The notes below the pieces were generated by a model that had not been told where the DNA came from, searched no databases, and saw only the letters and a list, made by a program, of their open reading frames with translations. This document shows, one piece after another, positions 16,126 to 25,013 of a DNA stretch of 40,564 bases. Numbering within the stretch: the first letter of the stretch is position 1; every line of letters starts with the position of its first letter. The position numbers and the translations under genes were made by a program. The stretch comes from SAR324 cluster bacterium (lineage in GTDB: Bacteria > SAR324 > JACQKK01), in contig JAPUIH010000383.1 in the NCBI GenBank assembly GCA_027297205.1, positions 1-40,564 on the forward strand, in the 5' to 3' direction.

Positions 16126-17343
16126 ATGTCTGTAATTCCCGTGGCCGCCGCCTTGAGCGGAACTGACGAGCTTATTCAGGAAGCTGAAAAATCCCTGATG
16201 TACGTAGTAACCCGGCCCGGCAATGTGATGGTGGCGGGCAAGGGCAGCTACATTTGGGATGCGGATGGGCGCAAATTCCTGGACTGCATCCAGGGTTGGG
16301 CGGTGAACGCCCTGGGGCATTGTCCGCCGGTGCTTACCAGAGCCCTCATCAAGCAGGCCAAGCAACTGATCAATGGCAGCCCGTCCCTGTACAACGAGCC
16401 CATGATCCAACTGGCCAAGCTGCTCACGGACCATTCCTGCCTGGACAAGGTGTTCTTCGCGAATAGTGGCGCGGAGGCCAACGAGGGCGCGGTCAAGCTA
16501 GCGCGCAAGTATGGCGCCCTGCGCCGGGCGGGGGCCCATGAGATCATCACCACTTGGCACAGCTTCCATGGACGCACCCTGTCCATGATGTCCGCCTCGG
16601 GCAAGCAACCCTGGGACAACCTGTTCGAGCCCAAGGTGCCCGGCTTTATCCGTGTGCCCTTCAACGATCTCAACGCCGTGCGCAACGCCATCACTCCAAA
16701 GACCTGCGCGATCATGCTGGAACCGGTGCAGGGGGAGGGCGGGGTGCACGTGGCCGGCAAAGCCTACATGCAGGGCCTGCGCAAGCTCTGCGACGAGACC
16801 GGGGTGCTGTTGATCCTGGACGAAATTCAAACCGGCATAGGGCGTACGGGAACCCTCTTTGCCTATGAGCAATACGGCGTCGAACCGGACATTATGACCC
16901 TGGGCAAGGGCATCGGCGGGGGGTTCCCGTTGTCCGCGCTGATGGCCAAGGACGAAGTCTGCGTGTTCGAGCAGGGGGATCAGGGAGGCACCTTCTGCGG
17001 CCAGCCCCTGGCCATGGTCGCCGGGCTGGCGGTGGTGGGGGAGGTCATTGCCAAGAACATCTCCGGCAGGGCCAAATCCCGCGGCCGCTACCTGGTGCGC
17101 CGCCTCAAGGCGCTGGGAGAGCAGTTCGGCTTTACGGAAGTGCGGGGCAAGGGACTGCTGGTGGCAGTGGAACTGCCCCAGGAAAAAGGCCCGGAGATTG
17201 TGCAGGAATGCTTCGACCAGGGTTTGCTCATCAACGCCCCCGGTCCCACCACCCTGCGCTTCATGCCCGCACTGAACATCTCCAACGCCCAGGTGGACGA
17301 GATGATGGACATCCTCTCAGCAGCGCTACGCAAGGTGCTGTAA
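16126..17343 (+). CDS. argD: acetylornithine aminotransferase (class III PLP aminotransferase)
   Basis: FANSGAEANEGAVKLARKY, LILDEIQTGIGRTGTLFAYE, TLGKGIGGGFP and GGTFCGQPLA. An AGAGGTG ribosome-binding site is present. Confidence 0.85.
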   Translation: MSVIPVAAALSGTDELIQEAEKSLMYVVTRPGNVMVAGKGSYIWDADGRKFLDCIQGWAVNALGHCPPVLTRALIKQAKQLINGSPSLYNEPMIQLAKLLTDHSCLDKVFFANSGAEANEGAVKLARKYGALRRAGAHEIITTWHSFHGRTLSMMSASGKQPWDNLFEPKVPGFIRVPFNDLNAVRNAITPKTCAIMLEPVQGEGGVHVAGKAYMQGLRKLCDETGVLLILDEIQTGIGRTGTLFAYEQYGVEPDIMTLGKGIGGGFPLSALMAKDEVCVFEQGDQGGTFCGQPLAMVAGLAVVGEVIAKNISGRAKSRGRYLVRRLKALGEQFGFTEVRGKGLLVAVELPQEKGPEIVQECFDQGLLINAPGPTTLRFMPALNISNAQVDEMMDILSAALRKVL

Positions 17344-17421
17344 TCAGGGAAGGCTGGGTCTGTACCGCGGAAATCGGACGGCGTGAGTCGGCCGACGTGC
17401 TCCGGTACGCCAGGGATCGGA

Positions 17422-17829
17422 CTATTGGGTCATCAGCTCGAAGCCGTAGAGCACAAGCTTGTCCACTTCATCCGGTTTGAAGCCGAGGCTCTTGCCGACC
17501 GCGGCCACCATCTCCTTTTCCTTCTTATCGAAATCCTTGTCGGACACCGCCACGCGGATAAGGTCGATGATCATGGACATGCCCATTTTGCGATCAATGC
17601 CCGGGGGGCTGCCAATGGGGGGCACGGTCTTGAACTGGACGAACTTCTTGAGCCGATCCACCACGTCCGGGTCGGGCACGAGCTGGATCACTTTCAGCAG
17701 AAAATCCATTTCGCTGCGGTCGATGTTCCCGTCGGCCAACACCATCCCCACTATCGCCGTCGCGAACCATTCCCGTGCTCGGGGATTGAGTTCGCTGACC
17801 TTGGTTTTAAAAGCGACGTCCATGGCCAT
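17422..17829 (-). CDS. TerB-like (tellurite-resistance TerB / DjlA N-terminal-like) domain protein
   Basis: 135 aa with two ADG/SDK...E repeats (LADGNIDRSEMDFL and SDKDFDKKEKEMV), as in TerB-family helical domains. The assignment is from memory. Confidence 0.5.
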   Translation of the reverse strand: MAMDVAFKTKVSELNPRAREWFATAIVGMVLADGNIDRSEMDFLLKVIQLVPDPDVVDRLKKFVQFKTVPPIGSPPGIDRKMGMSMIIDLIRVAVSDKDFDKKEKEMVAAVGKSLGFKPDEVDKLVLYGFELMTQ

Positions 17830-18049
17830 GGGACACCTTGGGGATAGGGCAAGCGCCTTGCGGCAGCCTGCATTACTATTGCGAACTACCTTGCTTTAAC
17901 GGGCCTGCATCAGAAGCGGTAGCCATAATCCTTAAAAAAAAGTGGCAAAATTTACAAGCAATATCGACGCTTCAACCCATTTCCGCTGAAACGGTGTGGC
18001 GCGGCCTGCTCTGCCGCAACGGGGCGCCGTCGTGATTTTTCTGCCCGGC

Positions 18050-18889
18050 TTAAGCCCGCTCGGGAACTTCGATCGGCAAGTCCTGCCGATCCCCCCACTC
18101 TTTCCATGAACCAATGAAATTCTGCACGTTGTCGTAGCCCAACAGCCGCAACGCCAGATAGGCATGGGAAGAGCGGTACCCGCCTTGTCAGAAGGGCACG
18201 ATGGCCTTGTCGCGCGTGATTCCCGCGGACTCGAACAGTGCCGCCAGTTCCGCCGCCGGCTTGAATTTGCCCTCGTTGTCCAGGTAGTTGGTCCATTCCA
18301 GGTGAATGCCGCCGGGAATGGTGCCGCCCCGGGGGCCTCCCCGCGTGTTGCTGCCCAGCCACTCGTCGTCGGCGCGGGTGTCCAGCACCGCCAGATTCTC
18401 GTCGCCCAGCTTGGCGTTCAGGTCATCCGCGGAGATGAAAATCTCCTCGCGGGGGGTGATGGGCAGGGAGTGGGGCTTGGGCGCGCGCATTTCCTGTGTT
18501 GTCTCGAAACCCGCCGCCTTCCAGGCGCTGATGCCCCCGTCCAGCACGTGCACGTCCTTGTGGCCGAAATACTCCAGCAGCCAAAAGGCCCGCGCGGCGC
18601 GAATGCCCGATTCCGCTTCATAGGCCAGCACGGTGCGATCCATGCCCACGCCCCGCAGCCCCATCTGGGAGCGCATCATGTCAATGTATTCTCTCATCAA
18701 CTCGGCTGTGGTCTGGGCCAGATGCACCCCGTACAGGTCGAAATGCGCCGCTCCGGGGATAATGCCGGTCATGATTTCGTGGGATGGCCGCATATCCAGT
18801 ATCACCAGATTTTCGTCCCCCAGCCGTTCCTTTAATTGCTGAGGCGTCCAGATCAGTCCGGCGTTGGGAAAGCTCTCAAGAGCTGCCAT
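18050..18889 (-). CDS. two-domain rhodanese (thiosulfate/3-mercaptopyruvate sulfurtransferase-like) with an in-frame TGA at the catalytic Cys (candidate selenoprotein)
   Basis: The ORF 18188..18889 stops at the TGA (18188-18190). The same frame then continues for 45 codons to a TAA at 18050-18052. The junction reads [54 protein letters not shown], which is the rhodanese active-site loop C-x4-R-S plus the conserved GSW.EW tail. An AGGAGAGG ribosome-binding site precedes the ATG at 18889. Confidence 0.8.
18169..18190 (-). promoter_or_regulatory. hairpin immediately 3' of the rhodanese UGA (possible SECIS, atypically close)
   Basis: The mRNA reads UGA C AAGGCGG-GUA-CCGC(U)CUU. This is a 7-bp stem with one bulged U and a G/U-containing apex. 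The apex lies only 12-13 nt after the UGA, closer than in the E. coli fdhF model. Confidence 0.35.
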
Positions 18890-20417
18890 CTGCCTCTCCT
18901 CTCAGAATTCGGGTTATCAAATCCACTATCAACCGCACGCCGGCTCCGCTTCCTCCCTTGGGAAATTGCGGATGGTCGCCGTCGCTCCATGCATAGCAAT
19001 CCAAGTGCGCCCACGCAACGTCTCCGGCAAACTCCTTGAGGAACATGGCCGCGGTGATGGCTCCGCCCATTCCGTCGCTGGCGGCGTTAACCAGATCGGC
19101 CACGGAGCTGTCCAGTTTCCTGCGGTAAGGTTCCCACAATGGCAGCGGCCATACGTGGTCGCCGGAAGCCTCCCCGGCCGCCACCAGCGCGTCCCGCAGA
19201 GCGTTGTCGTTGCAGAACAGACCCATCAGTTCCTTGCCCAGGGCGATCCGGCAGGCACCGGTGAGGGTGGCGAAGTCGATCATGTAGCGGGGTTTGTAGG
19301 TAAGGGCCAGCGCGTAGGCATCGGCCAGCACCACCCTTCCTTCCGCGTCGGTGTTGGTAATTTCGATGGTCAGCCCCTGTTTGCTGCGCAGGATATCGCC
19401 GGGATGATAGGCTCGCGGCCCCACGGCGTTTTCGGCCAGCCCCAGCACCGTCACCAGATGCACCGGCAGACCCAGCCCAGCGATGGCCCGCAAGGCGCCC
19501 ATCACGATCGCGGCGCCCCCCATATCCTTCTTCATCATGGCCATGCCGCTGCTGGATTTCAGGTCCAGCCCGCCCGTGTCGAAAACCACCCCCTTGCCCA
19601 CCAACGCCACCGTGGGCCGGCGCCTGCCCCCCTTGCCATACTCCAGCACGGCCAGCGCGGGGGGATGTTCGGCGGCGCGGCCCACCGCGTGAATGGCCCC
19701 GTAGCCCTCCTTTAGCAGCCTGTCTCCCCGAATGGCCCGGTAGGATGCGCCGGTCAGGCGCCCCAGCTTGCGGGCTTCGGCCAGCATGAAATCCGTGTGG
19801 GCCACTCCGGCCGGATGATTAATGAGATCCCTGGTCAGGGCGACGCCCCCGCCCACCGCGCCGCCGTCCTTCACACCCTTGCGCAGCACGGGCAATTGCC
19901 CCTTGCCCACCACTTCCACCGTGCAGGATCCGGGGCTGTTGCCCCGGGTGCGGTAATCCATGAAGGCATATCCGGTCATGTGCAGCGCCTCGCTGGCCAG
20001 CCGCGCCGCCTCCTCTTCGGGCCAGGGCAGGCCGCTGGGCAGCAGCAGGGATATCCTGCCGGCGCCCGCCCCACGCAGTTCCTTGAAGCCGCGCGCAATG
20101 GCCGCCGCAAAGCGGGGGCGGGTCAACACGCCCGCCTCCCCCAGTCCGGTGAACAGCCACTGGGAATCCCCATGGGGCAGCAGCATGCTTTCTCCTTCCG
20201 CGCCCTTGAAGTTGCGCATTTTCGCCAGGGTTGCCGCCGCCGCCGCCACGGCTTTTCCAGCATGGGCGAAGTCCCATTCCGTAGGGCCGGCCGGACTGAA
20301 CAGGGGTACCATGCGGTGGGGAAAGCCCGCCTTCCCGGTTGCTTTTACGCTTACATTCATACCTTGTTCGCTTTCTATGCTGGTGACTCGCCCCGGTATC
20401 CGGGTGGACGGGGACAT
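18876..20417 (-). CDS. pepA: leucyl aminopeptidase (M17 family)
   Basis: VGKGVVFDTGGLDLK and NTDAEGRVVLADA motifs. The stop overlaps the rhodanese start by 14 nt. An alternative start is the ATG at 20360. Confidence 0.9.
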   Translation of the reverse strand: MSPSTRIPGRVTSIESEQGMNVSVKATGKAGFPHRMVPLFSPAGPTEWDFAHAGKAVAAAAATLAKMRNFKGAEGESMLLPHGDSQWLFTGLGEAGVLTRPRFAAAIARGFKELRGAGAGRISLLLPSGLPWPEEEAARLASEALHMTGYAFMDYRTRGNSPGSCTVEVVGKGQLPVLRKGVKDGGAVGGGVALTRDLINHPAGVAHTDFMLAEARKLGRLTGASYRAIRGDRLLKEGYGAIHAVGRAAEHPPALAVLEYGKGGRRRPTVALVGKGVVFDTGGLDLKSSSGMAMMKKDMGGAAIVMGALRAIAGLGLPVHLVTVLGLAENAVGPRAYHPGDILRSKQGLTIEITNTDAEGRVVLADAYALALTYKPRYMIDFATLTGACRIALGKELMGLFCNDNALRDALVAAGEASGDHVWPLPLWEPYRRKLDSSVADLVNAASDGMGGAITAAMFLKEFAGDVAWAHLDCYAWSDGDHPQFPKGGSGAGVRLIVDLITRILRGEADGSS

Positions 20418-20435
20418 GAATTTACCTGATTTATT

Positions 20436-20879
20436 TCAGCCCTGATCTTGCGGGTACGGATCGGGCACGTTGATCTCCATATAATATTCGGCTTTCGCCA
20501 AAGCTGAAAACCCATACCGCGCGTACAGTCTGTGGGCGTCGTAGGTGGCAAGATTCCACCTCCGCAATCCCTGCAGCCCGGGGTGGGCCATCACGCAGTC
20601 GAGCAGCCACTTGCCCAGCCCCAGCCCCTGGTGGCTCTGCAAGATAAATACGTCGCCCAGATAGCCGAAGGTGGCATAGTCGGTAATCACCCGCGCGAAA
20701 CCAACCTGAGTCTGCCCCTCGAACACCCCGAAGCAGAGGGAGTTTTGCATGGATTTTTCCACCACGGCCAGAGGAATGCCCCTGGCCCAGTAGGACTCGG
20801 TCAAAAAGCCATGGATCGCCACGATATCCATTCTCGACCGCTCCGTCGTGATCAGGAAACCGTTCCGGCTGTCTTCCAC
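20436..20879 (-). CDS. GNAT family N-acetyltransferase
   Basis: 147 aa containing the acetyl-CoA-binding motif-A-like LQSHQGLGLGKWLL, with YARYGF near the C-terminus. Confidence 0.8.
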   Translation of the reverse strand: MEDSRNGFLITTERSRMDIVAIHGFLTESYWARGIPLAVVEKSMQNSLCFGVFEGQTQVGFARVITDYATFGYLGDVFILQSHQGLGLGKWLLDCVMAHPGLQGLRRWNLATYDAHRLYARYGFSALAKAEYYMEINVPDPYPQDQG

Positions 20880-21031
20880 GGCCAGCTCCTCACACCGATG
20901 GGTTGAAATCTCACGCTCGGCCTGGGAAGCTGTGCTTTTAACAGGACGCTCCCGCTGGCTGGATCTGCCCGTCAGGGCGTCCGTACAGTCTGCCCGATCC
21001 GTGGGCGGCGCCGCAATGGAGAATACCGGCG

Positions 21032-22726
21032 ATGGACTTCGATACCGTAATTTCTGGGGGAACCATTGTGGATGGTTCCGGGCAACCCGCTTACCGGGGC
21101 GATGTGGGAATCCGGGATGGGAAGATTGCCGCCGTGGGCAAGGTGCGGGGCGCGGCCCGCGATACCATAGACGCCGCGGGCATGATGGTGGCTCCCGGAT
21201 TCGTGGACGTGCATACCCACTACGATGCGCAGTTGTTCTGGGATCGCATGCTTACCATTTCTCCCTGGCATGGCGTCACCTCCGTGGTGATGGGCAACTG
21301 CGGGTTCACGGTGGCCCCCACGCGGCGGGAGCATCGGGAAATCATCATGCAGACCCTGGAAAAAGTGGAAGGCATGAGCATCGAGGTCCTGCGCGAAGGC
21401 CTGGGCGAAGACTGGGGATTCGAAACCTTCCCCGAGTACCTGGATGCCATCGAGCGCAAGGGCACGGCCATCAACGTGGCCGCCCTGGTCGGTCACACGG
21501 CGGTGCGCCTGAACGTGATGGGCGCGGAGGCCAGCGAGCGCGCGGCCAGCCAGGTCGAAATCGCGGCCATGCGGAAAATTGTGGCCGAAGCCCTCGCCGC
21601 GGGGGCGGTGGGCTTTTCCACGTCCGCCTCCAAAACCCATGTGGGGTTCAAGGGCAAACCAGTGCCCAGCCGCCTGGCGGAGTTCGCGGAAGTGCTCGAG
21701 CTGGCCGGCGCCATGACCGAAGCCAAGCGGGGAATCTTCCAGGCCACCATCGGCCCTGGGTTGTTTCTCGATGAGTTCGCCGAAATTTTCCGCACGGTCG
21801 GCCGGCCCGTTACCTGGACGGCCCTGCTGAGCGGCTTCATGGGACCGGGAGCGCACCGGGAGCAGCTGGAAAAGTCCCAGGCCCTGCGTGGCGAAGGTCT
21901 GGAGATTGTTCCCCAGGTGGCCTGCCGCCCTATCAATTTCGATTTTACCTTCAAGGAGCCTTTCCTGTTCGAGGCGATGAGCATGTTCAACCCTGTCTCG
22001 GCGGCGGACCTGGAAGGCAAGAAGCGCATTTACGCCGATCCGGAATTCCGGGAACGGTTCAGGTCACGCCTGGGCCCTGGCTCGCGCAGTGCCCTGGTGG
22101 GTTGGACGGACCGTGCCGTGATTTCCCACTACCCACCGCAGCCGGAACTGGAAGAGCGCGCCCTGGCCGATGTAGCCCGCGAACGCAACCTCGATGCACT
22201 GGACCTGGCCTTGGACTTCGCGCTGGAGACGGAGCTGGAGGCCCGCTTCAGGGTTCCCGTGGTGAATTACGACGAGGACGAGGTGGAGGAATTGTTGCGG
22301 GCGCCGGGAACCGTGGTGGCCCTATCCGATGCGGGGGCGCACGCCAGCCAGCTTTGCGATGCCTGTTACGCCACCCACCTGCTCGGCCACTGGGTGCGCG
22401 AAAAAGGCATATTCTCCGTGGAGGAGGCGGTGCATAAACTGACCGTCCTGCCTGCCCAGTTGTTCGGCATTTCCGACCGCGGCGCCCTGAGGGAGGGGCT
22501 GGCCGCCGATGTGGTGGTGTTCGATGCCCAGCGCGTGGGTGCCTGCGAGTTGCGCCGGGTGCACGATCTGCCCGCCAATGCCGACCGCCTGGTGGCTGAC
22601 GCCACTGGAATAGAGCTGGTGATGGTGAACGGCACTCCGCTCAGGCGTGACAACCGGGACCTGCTCGATCCGGAGGGAGCGCTGCCCGGCCGTCTGTTGC
22701 GCCATGGCGCGGCCAACGGTGCGTAA
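21032..22726 (+). CDS. N-acyl-D-amino-acid deacylase (D-aminoacylase) family amidohydrolase
   Basis: N-terminal DTVISGGTIVDGSG...DVGIRDGKIAAVG...APGFVDVHTHYD, and C-terminal LSDAGAH and ADVVVFD, both typical of this family. Confidence 0.8.
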   Translation: MDFDTVISGGTIVDGSGQPAYRGDVGIRDGKIAAVGKVRGAARDTIDAAGMMVAPGFVDVHTHYDAQLFWDRMLTISPWHGVTSVVMGNCGFTVAPTRREHREIIMQTLEKVEGMSIEVLREGLGEDWGFETFPEYLDAIERKGTAINVAALVGHTAVRLNVMGAEASERAASQVEIAAMRKIVAEALAAGAVGFSTSASKTHVGFKGKPVPSRLAEFAEVLELAGAMTEAKRGIFQATIGPGLFLDEFAEIFRTVGRPVTWTALLSGFMGPGAHREQLEKSQALRGEGLEIVPQVACRPINFDFTFKEPFLFEAMSMFNPVSAADLEGKKRIYADPEFRERFRSRLGPGSRSALVGWTDRAVISHYPPQPELEERALADVARERNLDALDLALDFALETELEARFRVPVVNYDEDEVEELLRAPGTVVALSDAGAHASQLCDACYATHLLGHWVREKGIFSVEEAVHKLTVLPAQLFGISDRGALREGLAADVVVFDAQRVGACELRRVHDLPANADRLVADATGIELVMVNGTPLRRDNRDLLDPEGALPGRLLRHGAANGA

Positions 22727-22800
22727 CGCGATGGCTGCGCGTGCTCGGGAATTGAAAAACCAGCGTAGTGCCGTCAGGAATTACGGTCTGGCGCCCCGTT

Positions 22801-24294
22801 TCAGCGCGGGCGTGGCATGCGCCGCTCCACGTTAGCCACGGAAGGGTCGATTTTTCCCGTCCACAGGGGAGAAATCAGATAAATCATCGTGATGGTCAGG
22901 GCGATTTCCCCGAACACAGGCGTGAATACACCCACCAGCCAGAGCGCAATGGTGCCCCACATAATGGCGGGGTGCCGCCCCATCAACCTGCCCATGTGCA
23001 GATACCGCACCGGATACAGGTTCATGACCACCGCGGCCAGTAACATGAAGCTGGCGGCGAAGATCACCATCGCCCCGGCGTAATGGGGGTAGACGCCGGA
23101 TATGGAGTGCGCCATTTCGATCGCCCCCATGGTCATCATGGCCGCCGCGGGCACGGGCATGCCCTTGAAAAAACCGGGAATCGGCTTTTTGTCCAGGGAA
23201 AAATAAGTCAGCCGTGCCCCTCCGGCTAGAAAATACACCAGCGCCACCACGGCTGCCGGATGGCCCGGCGCCAACTCCGCGAAGATCAGATAATAGATGA
23301 CCGCCGGGGCGACGCAAAAACTGATCAGATCGGAAATATCGTCCAGCAGCGCACCGAATGGTATGCGCGGCCGCTTGCTCTGGTCGGGCAGCGGTTCGGT
23401 CAGTCCCAGCCGGCGCGCCACGGTTCCGTCCAGCCGGTCGAAAAACGCCGCGGCGATCAAAATAAACAGAGCCTCCTTGACCCGTCCATAGCTGGCAAAT
23501 ATCATCGCCGTCACACCCAGCACGCCGTTCATCAAAGTGATGGTGTTGGGGAGCACGGAGAGGATGCGCCGCCGCAGCAACTCGTTATCTTCGCAAATGT
23601 CGTCCAGGGCGAGCATGCCGTATTTGCGGATGTAGGCGGTGATTGAGACGATATTGATGACCAGGAACAGAATTTCCAGCACGAACCACACCCGCAGGGG
23701 AAGCTGGTCCAACCAGCCCAAACCCCTGTAAAGCCAGTCCCACCCCTCCGCCGGAAGGTAGAAAGCATAGGCGTAGATCAGCACGGCCATGGGTGAGAAA
23801 ACGAGAGTACGCAGCCGCGTCAACTCGTAAGATTCAACCATCTGCGCATCCCGTACAGCGAAGCTGCGCAGAAACTGGGCGATCTGGTCGCGCATCAGCA
23901 CAAGCACACCGATGGCCAGCACGAACAGGGCGTGCAACAGTTCCGGGCGCGAGACCAGGGTGGGGTCCAGGCTTTCCAGCCGGTTGTATCGCCAGAGCAT
24001 TCCCGCGCCCAACACCGGGAATATAATGGACAGCACCACCCGGTCCATCATCCGGTCCGCCAGGGGGCCCAGCCGGGAGTGGGGAATGTATCGCTCCGCG
24101 AACCAGCCGTCGATCCAGTCAAAGGCCATGGCCAGCGTTAAAAACAACATCCCCAGCAGATAGGCGAGCGGATTGTGGGTGAACATTACCCACAAGGCAC
24201 AGGCAAAGGCTCCAAACACCAAGGGGGGCCGGCCAAAGGTGAGCACCGCCGCGACATTGGTGGGTAGTTTCTGGAAACGCTTCATGGGCCCCAA
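22801..24294 (-). CDS. membrane protein with two CDP-alcohol phosphatidyltransferase domains in tandem (the C-terminal one is PssA-like)
   Basis: The N-terminal motif is FDWIDGWFAERY...GPLADRMMD, a divergent form of DG-x2-AR...G-x3-D-x3-D. The C-terminal motif is the canonical FDRLDGTVARR...FGALLDDISD...FCVAPA. The protein is polytopic and hydrophobic throughout. Confidence 0.8.
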   Translation of the reverse strand: MGPMKRFQKLPTNVAAVLTFGRPPLVFGAFACALWVMFTHNPLAYLLGMLFLTLAMAFDWIDGWFAERYIPHSRLGPLADRMMDRVVLSIIFPVLGAGMLWRYNRLESLDPTLVSRPELLHALFVLAIGVLVLMRDQIAQFLRSFAVRDAQMVESYELTRLRTLVFSPMAVLIYAYAFYLPAEGWDWLYRGLGWLDQLPLRVWFVLEILFLVINIVSITAYIRKYGMLALDDICEDNELLRRRILSVLPNTITLMNGVLGVTAMIFASYGRVKEALFILIAAAFFDRLDGTVARRLGLTEPLPDQSKRPRIPFGALLDDISDLISFCVAPAVIYYLIFAELAPGHPAAVVALVYFLAGGARLTYFSLDKKPIPGFFKGMPVPAAAMMTMGAIEMAHSISGVYPHYAGAMVIFAASFMLLAAVVMNLYPVRYLHMGRLMGRHPAIMWGTIALWLVGVFTPVFGEIALTITMIYLISPLWTGKIDPSVANVERRMPRPR

Positions 24295-24479
24295 CTGGGA
24301 ATGCGGTAGGTTGGCCCGTCAAGCTGGTGTCTTCCCGCCGGCGCAATCCGCACCTGCATGGCGGGCGATGTGGCGGGCAAGCAAGCCTTCCGCGAATATG
24401 GCTGGTAATCGGATTCGTATTTCACGATCAAATTACATCTTTTGCGGCCCCGAGGCAATTGGCGATAGCCCGGACGGAT

Positions 24480-24959
24480 CTACTCCTGCACCACTTCGAT
24501 CAGCACGTTGAAGGGAGATTCGGGCGGTCCCTTGGGGTGCATGAAAAACACCGTGGTGCCCCGGGAGCCGGGGCGCGGCGCGGCGTCCAGAATCTGGAAG
24601 CCCTTTCCCTGCAGGTCATCAAACGCAGCCTGGATATCCCGCACGCGGAAGCCCACATGGTTCAGTCCGCCCTTTCCGCCATTGCGGTCGATGGCTTTCT
24701 GCACGGGGGACGCACCGCTCAGGGGCTCGATCAGCTGGATCAGGTTCGGGCTGCCGCCAATCTGCAAGAGGGCTTCGCGTACCTGATCATTCCCGCCGAT
24801 GGTTTCCCGGTGAATTTCCTGAAATCCCAGCTTCGCGTATGCGGCCACTTGCTCGTCCAGGGCGCCCTGGGGCACTGCAATGGCGATGTGATCGATAAAT
24901 AAAAAGCCGGGTAGTTCCTCAGCGATGCTGGAAAAGTCCGGCGAATTTTCTCCCACCAT
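24480..24959 (-). CDS. mce: methylmalonyl-CoA epimerase (VOC fold)
   Basis: IDHIAIAV...LGF....E.....QVREALLQIGG..IQLIEPL...SPV.K......GGLNHVGFRV.DI pattern. GAGGA precedes the ATG. Confidence 0.75.
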   Translation of the reverse strand: MVGENSPDFSSIAEELPGFLFIDHIAIAVPQGALDEQVAAYAKLGFQEIHRETIGGNDQVREALLQIGGSPNLIQLIEPLSGASPVQKAIDRNGGKGGLNHVGFRVRDIQAAFDDLQGKGFQILDAAPRPGSRGTTVFFMHPKGPPESPFNVLIEVVQE

Positions 24960-24985
24960 CTAGGAATCCTCAATGGGAATTAATT

Positions 24986-25009
24986 GCGGGCAGCCTCCGG
25001 GCTGCCCGC
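24986..25009 (-). terminator. rho-independent-type terminator hairpin after the Smr gene
   Basis: Perfect 10-bp stem GCGGGCAGCC/GGCTGCCCGC with a 4-nt loop, starting 5 nt after the stop codon. On the minus strand it is followed by AAUUAAUUCCCAUU. Confidence 0.6.
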
Positions 25010-25013
25010 CGTC

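Noticed and set aside
17931-17945. An A8/T8 run between the rhodanese and TerB-like genes as a possible rho-independent terminator.
   Set aside because: No GC-rich stem immediately precedes the U-run on the minus strand. The nearby GCGGC-N7-GCCGC hairpin (about 18000-18020) is not followed by a U-tract.
20848-21856. A 308-aa plus-strand ORF and a 294-aa minus-strand ORF overlapping the start of the D-aminoacylase gene and the upstream intergenic region.
   Set aside because: Both are Arg/Gly/Pro-rich and overlap the well-supported amidohydrolase frame (21032..22726). Neither has a motif.
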